A stretch of DNA of 64,000 bases from an uncultured Clostridia bacterium (lineage in GTDB: Bacteria; Bacillota; Clostridia; Christensenellales; UBA1242): assembly GCA_947632645.1 (NCBI GenBank), contig CANRQB010000002.1:16489-80488 (forward strand), in the 5' to 3' direction. The notes below the pieces were generated by a model. That model had not been told where the DNA came from, did not search any database, and was given only the letters and a program-made list of their open reading frames with translations. The position numbers and the translations under genes are program-made. This document shows, one piece after another, positions 43,356 through 54,144 of the stretch (position 1 is its first letter; each line of letters begins with the position of its first letter).

Positions 43356-46300
43356 TTATTCAGCTTTTGGCTTATCTGATTTGGATTTTGTAGTTCTTTT
43401 TGTGGATTTTTTGCCTTCTTCATCAGATTTTGCTGCATCTGTTTTATCTAAAGATTTTCCTGTGGATTTTGTTGCCTTTTTTGCAGTGTTTGTTTTGGCA
43501 TTTTTTGTTTTAGATGCAGTGGTTGCTGGTTTGGTCTCTTCGGTTGTGCTATCTTGCTCAGTTTGCTCAATCTCTTCAACCACACCAGTTGCTTGTGCTT
43601 CGCTTTCCAGGCGTTTTGTTATGCTTGCCATATACGATGCCGAGTTTACATACGCAATGTCGCTTTCCACACGCGCAATGTTAATGCCAATAGATGCAGA
43701 GGCTTTTTGATTTTGTTTTAACTCTTTTTCCAGTTTGCTGATATCCGATTTATTTGCACGTCTAATTTTCATCTCGCGCAGTTTGCTTAGGTCGGCTTTA
43801 TAAGTTTCTTCATACTTGGTGCGCTCGTCAGTTAAAGTTTTAAGTTCGCTGTTAAGTTCGGCAAGCTTTTCCTCTTTTAGCTGCATTGCCTTGCGCGCAT
43901 AGTATTGTTTAGACACTGTTTTGTTGCGGTCGTACTCATTTTTGGTTTTCTTGGCTGGCTTTTTAAATTTAACCTTGCGTAGAATTATGCCAACAACTGC
44001 AACTATAATGGTTAGTGCAAATAGGATAGATGATATAACATATGGCAATCCGCGCCAATTTATTTTATTTTTGCTTTCGGTGGTATCATCGGTGTTGGTA
44101 TCGTCTTGGTTTTCATCCAGCTCGGTTGCCAAAATTTTGGTGGTGGAATTTTCGGCTAGCTTGTTAAACTGACTATCGGTATAATCTAGTGAATTAAATT
44201 TAATATTTCCAATAAACAGTTCGCCCTTTAAACGCACATCTTCGTTACCAAAGTTTATAATTAAGTTAGAGGTTTTGTCTGCACTGGCTTTAACATAATA
44301 GGTGTAGCTTACAAAGTTTTTTTCTGCCACAACATTTTCAAAAGTGTTGTTTTCGTAGCCAGAGAATGCAATATTTAAGCCATTTTCGTCCGCATTGGAA
44401 GAAACTACATTTGTAAACAAACTAAAGCTTAAAATGTAATATTTTCCGCTTGCTAGGTTAAAGCCAATTTTGGTTGATACGCTACCCATGCCAAACTCGT
44501 TTAAATTTATCCTTAGGGCTTTTTCGTTATCCCAACCATTAGCTTCGGCTTGCAATTTTGCAGTTAAATCGGCATCGCCATAGTTGTAAATTTTTGCGTT
44601 TACAACCGATAGGTTAACGTTTTCGGCTGCGTAGTAGTTTGTATCTATAAGGTCGGACAAATCTGCTTTTGCCGCTGCGTTAATAAACTCTTGTTCGGTT
44701 ACATCGGTTTCAAATTTAACATTGTCTACAAACGTTGTGCTGGTACTTGTGCTAATTTTTACAACCAGGTTGGCAGATGCATCTGCTGCTTTAACATATA
44801 AACTTACATTTTGCCATTGCCCATTGTTGTTATAAACATCCAACGAGCAAAGCGAACAATCGTTATTGCTTCTTAGCAGCACTTCTACCTTTGCCTTAGA
44901 TAGTGTGTATATATCAAGCGAAAATTTTGCATAGCCGGTTGATAGCGAGGAACTGCCAGAGAAAGCAGATATTTCACCTGTTGCAGGGTACAGCATAAGC
45001 ACATTGCCCTTTTTCATGTTAGCATCATAGCTAGGTAGGTGAACATAAAAAGGCAAATTGTTTTGCTTATACAAGGCAGTGTCTGCCAAATTTACAATTC
45101 CATAATACTGATTGTCGCTATAGCCCGATTGGGTAAAAGTCCAATTTTCTGCATTAAGCGGATATGGGTTGGCTGCATCGGTTACACTAGCGTTATTAAA
45201 TTCACCATTAGTTACATATGGGGAAGAACTTGTTGTGGATGAGGATAAATCTAATTTAGAAATGTTGTTACCTGTTGTTGTGCTAGAATATTGCGCACTG
45301 GTGCAGATTTGACTTTCTACACTATAAATGTACAGCTTGCCAGAAAAACCAGAGGTGTTTAGTTTTAGTACGTATTCGTTTGCGTCGGTTTGGCTAGATT
45401 TTACCCAAAATTCATATAAACTGTAATCGGCAGAGCTAGATATTGCTAAACTTGCAACCTTTTCATCAGTTGGGTTATCTTTTGGTGCAAGTTTAAGGGT
45501 GGCACTGCCCGACGAGTTTTCTGTTTTAAGAGTTACAATAACCCTATTTATAAGGTGGCGATTAAAGGTGAAACTGTAATCGCTGTTGTCTGCCTTTTTA
45601 AACTCGGCTTCTGCGGTTGTTTGGTTGAAATTTAGCACTAAATCCTTAACATTTGCGTTGGTTTGGGTTGTGCCGGCAAACGATAGATCTTTGCCAGAAA
45701 CTTCGTTTGATACGGTGCGTTTATCTAAAGCTACATTATTTGGATTGCTAAGCAAAGTGTTGTACTCTTGCTCGTTAATTTTTTGCATAGACAAACTGTC
45801 AAACAAAATGTCGCCATTGCCGTTTAATATCATTGCTGGCTTAACTTTTAAGCTTTCTAGATTGTCTGTGGCAACAAGCAAGTTATATTCGTACCACGAT
45901 CCTTTTGGTGTAGAGATGGCAGATTTTTCTAATAAAACGATGTCGTTATTGTTGGCATCCAGCAGCGAAAATGTGCCTATACCATCGCGGTTAGAGGTGT
46001 TTATAAACACGCTAAATTTATAAAACGAGTTTTTGTCTAAATTTAGTGAATACGAGGTTTTGTATCCAAACTTTACATTATGACTTGTTTCAACATCCAC
46101 GTTGCTAGAAGTGTTATTGTCGCCTTCTTCCTTCATACTGCGCTTTGTGGTGCTGCTTATAAGTAGGACATATTTGTTTAAGCTTTGGTCGGCGTTGTAG
46201 CGCCTAGGGTATTTTAAATAATCGGCAGCAGTTAAATTTGCAATTCCTGTGGTTACAAGCTCTTTATTAGAATAGCCCGCGCCAGTTATAGCCTCAAATT

Positions 46301-46487
46301 GCGAACTTGATGGTGTTGCAAGCGTGCTGGAAGACCCGTCAAATTCGCCATTAGTTATGCTTGATTCGGCAAAAACAAAAGATTTATGCCCATAAAATAT
46401 AAAACATAAATTTGTGCAAAATAAAACTATTGCTAAAAATAAAACTATAAATAATCGTTTTAATTTAGATGAATTTTTAACTAACAT
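43356..46487 (-). CDS. Large surface protein: signal/TM, CBM-like beta-sandwich modules, TM helix, cytoplasmic coiled coil and Lys-rich tail
   Basis: ATG at 46487 chosen; the TTG at 46514 coincides with the predicted transcription start. NGEF-type module starts (ITNGEFDGSS, VTNGEFNNASV...ENWTF). TM LPYVISSILFALTIIVAVVGIIL. Heptad-rich segment, then KTKNAKTNTAKKATKSTGK...KSKSDKPKAE. Confidence 0.8.
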   Translation of the reverse strand: MLVKNSSKLKRLFIVLFLAIVLFCTNLCFIFYGHKSFVFAESSITNGEFDGSSSTLATPSSSQFEAITGAGYSNKELVTTGIANLTAADYLKYPRRYNADQSLNKYVLLISSTTKRSMKEEGDNNTSSNVDVETSHNVKFGYKTSYSLNLDKNSFYKFSVFINTSNRDGIGTFSLLDANNNDIVLLEKSAISTPKGSWYEYNLLVATDNLESLKVKPAMILNGNGDILFDSLSMQKINEQEYNTLLSNPNNVALDKRTVSNEVSGKDLSFAGTTQTNANVKDLVLNFNQTTAEAEFKKADNSDYSFTFNRHLINRVIVTLKTENSSGSATLKLAPKDNPTDEKVASLAISSSADYSLYEFWVKSSQTDANEYVLKLNTSGFSGKLYIYSVESQICTSAQYSSTTTGNNISKLDLSSSTTSSSPYVTNGEFNNASVTDAANPYPLNAENWTFTQSGYSDNQYYGIVNLADTALYKQNNLPFYVHLPSYDANMKKGNVLMLYPATGEISAFSGSSSLSTGYAKFSLDIYTLSKAKVEVLLRSNNDCSLCSLDVYNNNGQWQNVSLYVKAADASANLVVKISTSTSTTFVDNVKFETDVTEQEFINAAAKADLSDLIDTNYYAAENVNLSVVNAKIYNYGDADLTAKLQAEANGWDNEKALRINLNEFGMGSVSTKIGFNLASGKYYILSFSLFTNVVSSNADENGLNIAFSGYENNTFENVVAEKNFVSYTYYVKASADKTSNLIINFGNEDVRLKGELFIGNIKFNSLDYTDSQFNKLAENSTTKILATELDENQDDTNTDDTTESKNKINWRGLPYVISSILFALTIIVAVVGIILRKVKFKKPAKKTKNEYDRNKTVSKQYYARKAMQLKEEKLAELNSELKTLTDERTKYEETYKADLSKLREMKIRRANKSDISKLEKELKQNQKASASIGINIARVESDIAYVNSASYMASITKRLESEAQATGVVEEIEQTEQDSTTEETKPATTASKTKNAKTNTAKKATKSTGKSLDKTDAAKSDEEGKKSTKRTTKSKSDKPKAE

Positions 46488-46519
46488 AAACCCTCGTAAA
46501 ATTTCGTTTAACAAAATTA

Positions 46520-46548
46520 ATTATAATATAATTAACAAAAAAAAGCAA
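46520..46548 (-). promoter_or_regulatory. Sigma-A-type promoter of the 43356-46487 gene
   Basis: On the minus strand: TTGCTT (46548-46543), 17 bp, TATAAT (46525-46520). Confidence 0.55.
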
Positions 46549-46581
46549 ATAAATTTATGCGATATTGTAAATAATATCTTT

Positions 46582-46944
46582 ATGAAAAAGGTAAAAAAAC
46601 TACATATCCTCATCTTTGGTGCACTAATTGGCATTATAAACGGTTTTTTTGGCGGTGGCGGCGGCATGATTGTGGTGCCTGTACTTAACAAATTGTTTGG
46701 CTTAAATCAAAAGCAGGCACAAGCAACCGCGCTGTTTATAATTTTGCCAATAAGTGTGGTTAGCGCCATAGTGTACATGTGCAACCATTCAATAAGTTTT
46801 TCTTCTGGTTGGCCGGTTATTGTGGGCATCGTGCTGGGCGGGGTGGCGGGCGCGCTTTTACTAAACAAAATAAAAAACAAAATTTTACAGGGCATTTTTG
46901 TGTTTTTTATGGCGCTAAGCGGTGTAGTTATGCTTATATGGTAG
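46582..46944 (+). CDS. Half-size TauE/SafE (DUF81) family permease, first of two
   Basis: ATG at 46582; the ORF-track start at 46414 overlaps the divergent gene. 4 TM segments with GFFGGGGGMIVVPVL. Confidence 0.7.
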   Translation: MKKVKKLHILIFGALIGIINGFFGGGGGMIVVPVLNKLFGLNQKQAQATALFIILPISVVSAIVYMCNHSISFSSGWPVIVGIVLGGVAGALLLNKIKNKILQGIFVFFMALSGVVMLIW

Positions 46945-46948
46945 GTTT

Positions 46949-47320
46949 ATGATATTTATTGAGGTTTTAGCCGGTGTGCTTGGCGGTATAGTGGCTGGCA
47001 TGGGTATGGGTGGCGGCACCTTAACTATACCAATTTTAACCATATTTTTACACTTTAAACAACTAAGCGCACAAGGGATAAATTTAATAGCATTTTTGCC
47101 AATGAGTGTGTTGGCACTTTTTATCCACATAAAAAATGGGCTTGTAAAGTTTAAACAAACCTGGCTACTTGCACTTGTTGGTTGTGTTTTTAGTTTGCTT
47201 GGCTCGCTAGTGGCAATAAAGCTTAGCAATGCCGTATTAAAAAAATGCTTTGCCGTGTTTTTAATTTTGCTTGCAATTTATCAAGTTATTGTTATGGTTA
47301 GGCAAAAAAAATCCAAATAG
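46949..47320 (+). CDS. Half-size TauE/SafE (DUF81) family permease, second of two
   Basis: Starts 4 nt after the previous stop, in a different frame. 4 TM segments with GMGMGGGTLTIPIL. Confidence 0.7.
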   Translation: MIFIEVLAGVLGGIVAGMGMGGGTLTIPILTIFLHFKQLSAQGINLIAFLPMSVLALFIHIKNGLVKFKQTWLLALVGCVFSLLGSLVAIKLSNAVLKKCFAVFLILLAIYQVIVMVRQKKSK

Positions 47321-48028
47321 TTATAGTTCGTTAAAAAAGTTATAAAAATTTATTGCAATATCTATGGTGGAATAGCGCATTTTTTGCTTGTCTATAATAT
47401 AATTTTCATCATCAAAATTGTTTAAATTTTCGTTTATATTGTTTGCATAGGTTAAAAGCGAGCTATATTTGTGTTCTTTAAAATTTGTTTTCATATCGTT
47501 AATAGAAGGGGATAATTTTTCTAATATCAAACCTAAATTAGTGGCATAAACCCTTAAGCTATCTGTATTGTTGTCGTATCTTATATTGGCTTTAGATAAG
47601 CTGGATAAAACATCGTTGCAACTATCGTAAAAATCTACAAGGCATTGCTGATTTTTGCTTGTTATTTTGTTGTATTTCAATTTTTTTATAGACAGTGTAA
47701 ACACTTTTGCAGATGGGTGGTGGGGTATCAAATTTTCGCACACTTTTTCCGCATCCGATTTGTTAAAATAAAAGTTTGCTAGCACGTGGTAACTTGTGTC
47801 AAAATATATATACCCCGCTCCGGCTTGTTGTTTTATTGTGGTTGATAATTTTTGAGCGTCGTTATAGTTGGAAAAAACGCCCATTTCTACAAAATACAAA
47901 TTGGTATACTCATCCTTTTTTTGCATCAAAAACAACGCAGCACCAAATAAAAGGGTTAGTGCAACAATTATTATAACAAAGCCACCAGTTTTGGTTTGGC
48001 TGCTATATTTATAGTAAGAGTGTGCCAT
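47321..48028 (-). CDS. Membrane-anchored SPOR-like domain protein
   Basis: N-terminal TM. YFVEMGVFSNYNDAQKLSTTIKQQAGAGYIYF...FNKSDAEKVCENL resembles a SPOR peptidoglycan-binding domain. Confidence 0.5.
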   Translation of the reverse strand: MAHSYYKYSSQTKTGGFVIIIVALTLLFGAALFLMQKKDEYTNLYFVEMGVFSNYNDAQKLSTTIKQQAGAGYIYFDTSYHVLANFYFNKSDAEKVCENLIPHHPSAKVFTLSIKKLKYNKITSKNQQCLVDFYDSCNDVLSSLSKANIRYDNNTDSLRVYATNLGLILEKLSPSINDMKTNFKEHKYSSLLTYANNINENLNNFDDENYIIDKQKMRYSTIDIAINFYNFFNEL

Positions 48029-48160
48029 ATAGCATTATATTTTAGTTTTTTTGCATATATGTTTTTTAATTTTTACAAAAATTTAATAAAATTTTACCAA
48101 AACTGACATGTTTTAGAAAAATTATCAATTTTGTGGGTTATAATTTTTGTGGAGGGTAGT

Positions 48161-50042
<1,882 letters not shown>

Positions 50043-50372
50043 AAAAATTTTTAAAAATTTGCAGTAAAAATTAGTTATAATGCGTTAATTTTGCTTAAAA
50101 TTTAACTAATTTAATAAATTTTTAATCAGTTTTACAATTTTAAACAAAATTATATAAACATATTTGTTGCATTTTGTAAATTGAAAATAATTTAAAAATT
50201 TATTGAAAATTTGTTAAAATTTTATATATATAAATGTTTTATGTTTTTTAAAAAAATGATTGTTAATTAACTTTAAATCAATTTTATAATCAATCTAATT
50301 TTTATTGATTTATAAAAGTTTTATTATATATCATAATTACTTTTGTAATAATTTTAATTAAAAAATTTGTAT

Positions 50373-50406
50373 AAAAAAAGCTCACAAAATTGTGGGCTAT
50401 TTTTTA
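50373..50406. terminator. Bidirectional intrinsic terminator
   Basis: AGCTCACA-aaat-TGTGGGCT flanked by A-run and T-run. Overlaps the valS stop. Confidence 0.7.
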
Positions 50407-52815
50407 TTCTATCACGCTACCAATTTCAACATTAAATTCACCAGTTTTGTATTCTATGTTGTGTGCACCTGTAACCGCCTTAATATCCATTTCGGCTTGC
50501 TTTGTAAAACTGTTGTCACTATCGGTTATAACAATTTTATCCAACTCGGTTTTTAAGCTCAACTTATTTTCGCTCTTATAGGCGCGCACCTTAGAAACTA
50601 TATCCACCACCTTATCGCCAAGCGCAATTAAATTTTGTTTTTCGTCGCACGGGGTAGGGGACAAAACTGTTAGGTGTATGCTCTCGGTTTTTTCAAACTG
50701 ACGGAAATAATCTTGATAAATTTCTTCGGTAACAAACGGCATGGTGATGCTAATTAATTTTAACATGCCATACAGCACATTATAGCACGCCCATTGCGCA
50801 CTCTGTTTATTTTCCTCACCAAAAATTTCGGGTTTGTATAGGCGGTTTTTAACTAGTTCAATATAGTTATCGCAAAAATAGTAGAAGAACTTTTCAATTT
50901 CGGTTTTTGCGTATCCCATTTCCACTTGCTCATACTGGCTAACCACTTTTTTATACGCATCGTTAAATTTTTGCATAATGTAACTATCTATCGGCAAAAT
51001 TTTTGCTGGCTTTTTTGGAGTGTAGTCGTTCAGGAATGAAAGCACAAATTTGCTCGCATTCCAAACCTTGTTTAGCAATTTGTAGCCGTCTTTAAGCCCT
51101 TCATCACTAAACATGACGTCGCGCCCGTACGCACCATTTGCGCACCAGTATCTTATAACATCCGCACCATAATTATCCAACAAATCGGTTAGTTTCATTT
51201 TGCTGTTTGCAAGGTGTTTACTAATTTTTATGCCCTTATCTGCCATAACCCAGCCGTTAATAAGTAGGTTATTCCATGGCAGTGTGCCCTGGTGATAATA
51301 TGCCTTAATTATAGTGCGCAAACACCAAGTGTTAATAATGTCGCGCCCAGCAAATCGCATATCCATTGGCATACGCTTGCTGCATTCGGCCTCATCCTCC
51401 GCCCAGTTGCAGTTTATCTGTGGAGTTACCGAACTGGTTGCCCAAGTGTCCATAACATCCATTTCGGGTTCAAACTCGCTGCACCCGCATTTGCAAGCAG
51501 TTTTTGGGCTGGATGTAAGCGGATTTACTGGCAAATCGTTTTCATTCGCAAAAGTAGGCTCTCCACAATTTTTGCAATACCAAACTGGGAAAGGCACACC
51601 AAAATATCTCTGCCGCGAAATGCTCCAATCTTGGTTTAAATTGCTAACCCAAGCATCGTATCTCGCTTTCATGCTGGCTGGATGCCAATTTAGTTTGTTG
51701 CCCTGATCAAGCCAAATTTGCTTTAATTCTGGGGTAGAAGTGCGGATAAACCACTGCTTTTTAGACAAAAATTCAATAGGGGTGTTGCACCGCTCGTGCA
51801 CCTTAACCGCGTGCACAATAGGGTCTTGTTTATAAATGTATCCGGCCGCCTTTAAATCTTCAATAACCGCTTTTCGCGCTTCGGCCGATTTAAGCCCGGC
51901 ATATTTGCCGCAAATATCTGTCATGCGCCCGCCGTCATCAATGGCTTGCTTTAACTCTAATTTATACTCTTTCCACCACTCAACGTCGGTTTGGTCACCA
52001 AATGTGCAGCACATAACAATGCCCGTGCCCTTATCTATGCCAACCTTGCTGTCCGCATAAATTTTAACCACGCGCTCTTCAAATAGCGGCACCTTAACCA
52101 GTTTACCAACCAGTTTGTTGTAGCGTTTATCCTCAGGATTAACAAAAATTGCAACACAAGCCGGCAAAAATTCTGGCCTAGTTGTAGCAATAGGGATTGT
52201 GCCGCCGTCCACCAACTTAAAGTTAAGGTAGTTAAAAATGCTATCCAATTCTGCATCTTCTAGTTCGGCCGATGCAACCGAAGTGCGGCATTTGCAGCAC
52301 CATGGGCTAGGCTTATCCTCGCGATAGGCGATGCCATCCTTTGCCAAGCGGATAAAACTTTTTTGGCTGGTTTTTTGGCTGCGATTATCTATTGTGTTGT
52401 ATCCTAAATTTAAATCGCAACTTATGCCAGATTTAATCATCATTTCGCGATAACTATCGTTATATTGCTTAACCACATCAAGCGCAATTTTTGTAAATTC
52501 CTCGCGCGGTAGAGTGTGCGCTGCAATTTTTTTCTGTTTTTCTACCAATAATTCGGTTGGCAGCCCGTTATTATCAAACCCAAGTGGGAAATATAGGTTT
52601 TTGCCTTGCATCCTATAAAATCTTGCCATCATATCCGCTTGCGTAAAGCCGGAAATGTGGCCAATGTGCAACTCGCCACTTACGGTTGGTGGTGGGGTGT
52701 CAATTGAAAAAGTTGGGCGATTTGGCATCTTGTTATAGGCATAAATGCCGTTATCTTGCCAAAAAGCGCTCCATTTTGCTTCTTTCTCTTTAAAATTATA
52801 CTTGTTGTCTAACAT
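50404..52815 (-). CDS. valS: Valine--tRNA ligase (archaeal/actinobacterial-type sequence signature)
   Basis: ATG at 52815 after GGAG. TPPPTVSGELHIGH, ATTRPEFLP, GTGIVMCCTFGD, DWSISRQRYFGVPFPVW and a KISKH (KMSKS-like) motif. Confidence 0.85.
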   Translation of the reverse strand: MLDNKYNFKEKEAKWSAFWQDNGIYAYNKMPNRPTFSIDTPPPTVSGELHIGHISGFTQADMMARFYRMQGKNLYFPLGFDNNGLPTELLVEKQKKIAAHTLPREEFTKIALDVVKQYNDSYREMMIKSGISCDLNLGYNTIDNRSQKTSQKSFIRLAKDGIAYREDKPSPWCCKCRTSVASAELEDAELDSIFNYLNFKLVDGGTIPIATTRPEFLPACVAIFVNPEDKRYNKLVGKLVKVPLFEERVVKIYADSKVGIDKGTGIVMCCTFGDQTDVEWWKEYKLELKQAIDDGGRMTDICGKYAGLKSAEARKAVIEDLKAAGYIYKQDPIVHAVKVHERCNTPIEFLSKKQWFIRTSTPELKQIWLDQGNKLNWHPASMKARYDAWVSNLNQDWSISRQRYFGVPFPVWYCKNCGEPTFANENDLPVNPLTSSPKTACKCGCSEFEPEMDVMDTWATSSVTPQINCNWAEDEAECSKRMPMDMRFAGRDIINTWCLRTIIKAYYHQGTLPWNNLLINGWVMADKGIKISKHLANSKMKLTDLLDNYGADVIRYWCANGAYGRDVMFSDEGLKDGYKLLNKVWNASKFVLSFLNDYTPKKPAKILPIDSYIMQKFNDAYKKVVSQYEQVEMGYAKTEIEKFFYYFCDNYIELVKNRLYKPEIFGEENKQSAQWACYNVLYGMLKLISITMPFVTEEIYQDYFRQFEKTESIHLTVLSPTPCDEKQNLIALGDKVVDIVSKVRAYKSENKLSLKTELDKIVITDSDNSFTKQAEMDIKAVTGAHNIEYKTGEFNVEIGSVIE

Positions 52816-52881
52816 AAAATCTCCAAATAACTTTAGCATTATATCACAAACAAAAAATAAAATCAAATTTTTTATTAACTA

Positions 52882-52909
52882 TTGACAAAATTTTGCAATA
52901 TGATATAAT
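52882..52909 (+). promoter_or_regulatory. Sigma-A-type promoter
   Basis: TTGACA (52882-52887), 16 bp, TGa-TATAAT (-10 at 52904-52909). Confidence 0.6.
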
Positions 52910-52963
52910 TTTATAGATTTTTTTAAGCTTAGTTTTGTTATATATCATTAAAAGGAGAAAAAG

Positions 52964-53389
52964 GTGGATATTAAAAAATCATACAGCCTGAAAGCAAACA
53001 AAAAGCAGTGTTTTGATGAAAAAACCTTGCAAGAGTTTGCCGCGCTGGATAGTTCGATAGAAAAATTTAACTACATCGGCGAATATGAAAACATCCGCGA
53101 CTGCATTGTAAACGAACTTGTTGGCAAGTTGTTTAAGCGAGAAAATATCGTTGATGCGCGCCTTGTGGATGAAGTTATGAGTTCCTTTAGTGATGAAACG
53201 GGCGGGCATGTTGCGGTCATACAAAAATATAGATATAATGAAAATAAAATAGATTTAATTTTGGTGGCGGATAACTGCTATGTTAGATATAACAAAACTG
53301 ACATTATATTAGATAGCGAACTAACCGCAATTTGGCGCGATGTGCTATCAATTTTGTACGATGATTATATCCCAAATTTAAATAAGTAA
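52964..53389 (+). CDS. Hypothetical protein (paralogue A of a tandem pair)
   Basis: GTG start 6 nt after AGGAG. The C-terminal ...LVADNCYVRYNKTD...LTAIWRDVLSILY parallels the next gene. Confidence 0.6.
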   Translation: MDIKKSYSLKANKKQCFDEKTLQEFAALDSSIEKFNYIGEYENIRDCIVNELVGKLFKRENIVDARLVDEVMSSFSDETGGHVAVIQKYRYNENKIDLILVADNCYVRYNKTDIILDSELTAIWRDVLSILYDDYIPNLNK

Positions 53390-53451
53390 GTTTTTTAAAA
53401 AGATATTGACAAAACAATTTTATATGATAATATAAAAGTATGAAGGGTGAT

Positions 53452-53928
53452 ATGTTACCTGTAGACATAGATCGTTTTTGGATAGCTCACGTTTATAGAA
53501 AAAAGAGCGGCAGGCAAGATTTTTTAAATAAAGAATATTTAAACAAACTAGCCGAACTAAGGCCGCAGATTGCTGGCACCGATTTTATTGCCGACTACTA
53601 CGATTTAAAGGGCGAGATAGATGATTTGGCAGCCAAGTTTTGTGTATCTAACCATATTATAAATAAAGGTTTTAAAGAAACTTATGTTAGCATTGTAACC
53701 GATAAAAATGGGGAGCGCCTAGGGCTTGAAGTGCAATATTATTATGGCAAAAATTTTCAGTATGATACTGATGAATATGTTGGCCTAGTTTTAACAGCAA
53801 AGGACTGCTATGCTGTTTATTATGTCGGTGATGGTTCTGGAAATTGTTTTACAAACCCAGATAAAAATCTAACCAATATGTGGCACGAAATTTTGGCTAA
53901 AAAATATGGCACTACACTAAAAAAATAA
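53452..53928 (+). CDS. Hypothetical protein (paralogue B); alternative start at 53440
   Basis: Own TTGACA promoter (53406-53411). The ATG at 53452 follows AAGGGTG. C-terminal ...LTAKDCYAVYYVGDG...LTNMWHEILAKKYG. Confidence 0.55.
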   Translation: MLPVDIDRFWIAHVYRKKSGRQDFLNKEYLNKLAELRPQIAGTDFIADYYDLKGEIDDLAAKFCVSNHIINKGFKETYVSIVTDKNGERLGLEVQYYYGKNFQYDTDEYVGLVLTAKDCYAVYYVGDGSGNCFTNPDKNLTNMWHEILAKKYGTTLKK

Positions 53929-53930
53929 AG

Positions 53931-53953
53931 TTGGCTTAAAGGCCAATTTTTTT
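53931..53953 (+). terminator. Intrinsic terminator
   Basis: TTGGC-ttaaag-GCCAA followed by a T-run. Confidence 0.6.
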
Positions 53954-54144
53954 ATGTAAAATTTTAATGTAGTTTTATAAAAATTAGCTGCTAAAATTTT
54001 TGTGTAAAAGTTTTTAGTTGTGTAAAATTAAAAAAATTTAAAAAATTGATGTAATTTTGCGTTAAAATGGTTAAATTTTTGTTAAATTTTTAAAAATAAT
54101 CGTATTTTATTGCTTTTATTTTGCGTTTTTGATAAAATAATTAT

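Noticed and set aside
50043-50372. AT-rich gap as a chromosomal origin or DNA-unwinding element
   Set aside because: There are no DnaA boxes and no dnaA/dnaN/gidA context, and it lies between convergent genes. Kept only as a low-interest observation.
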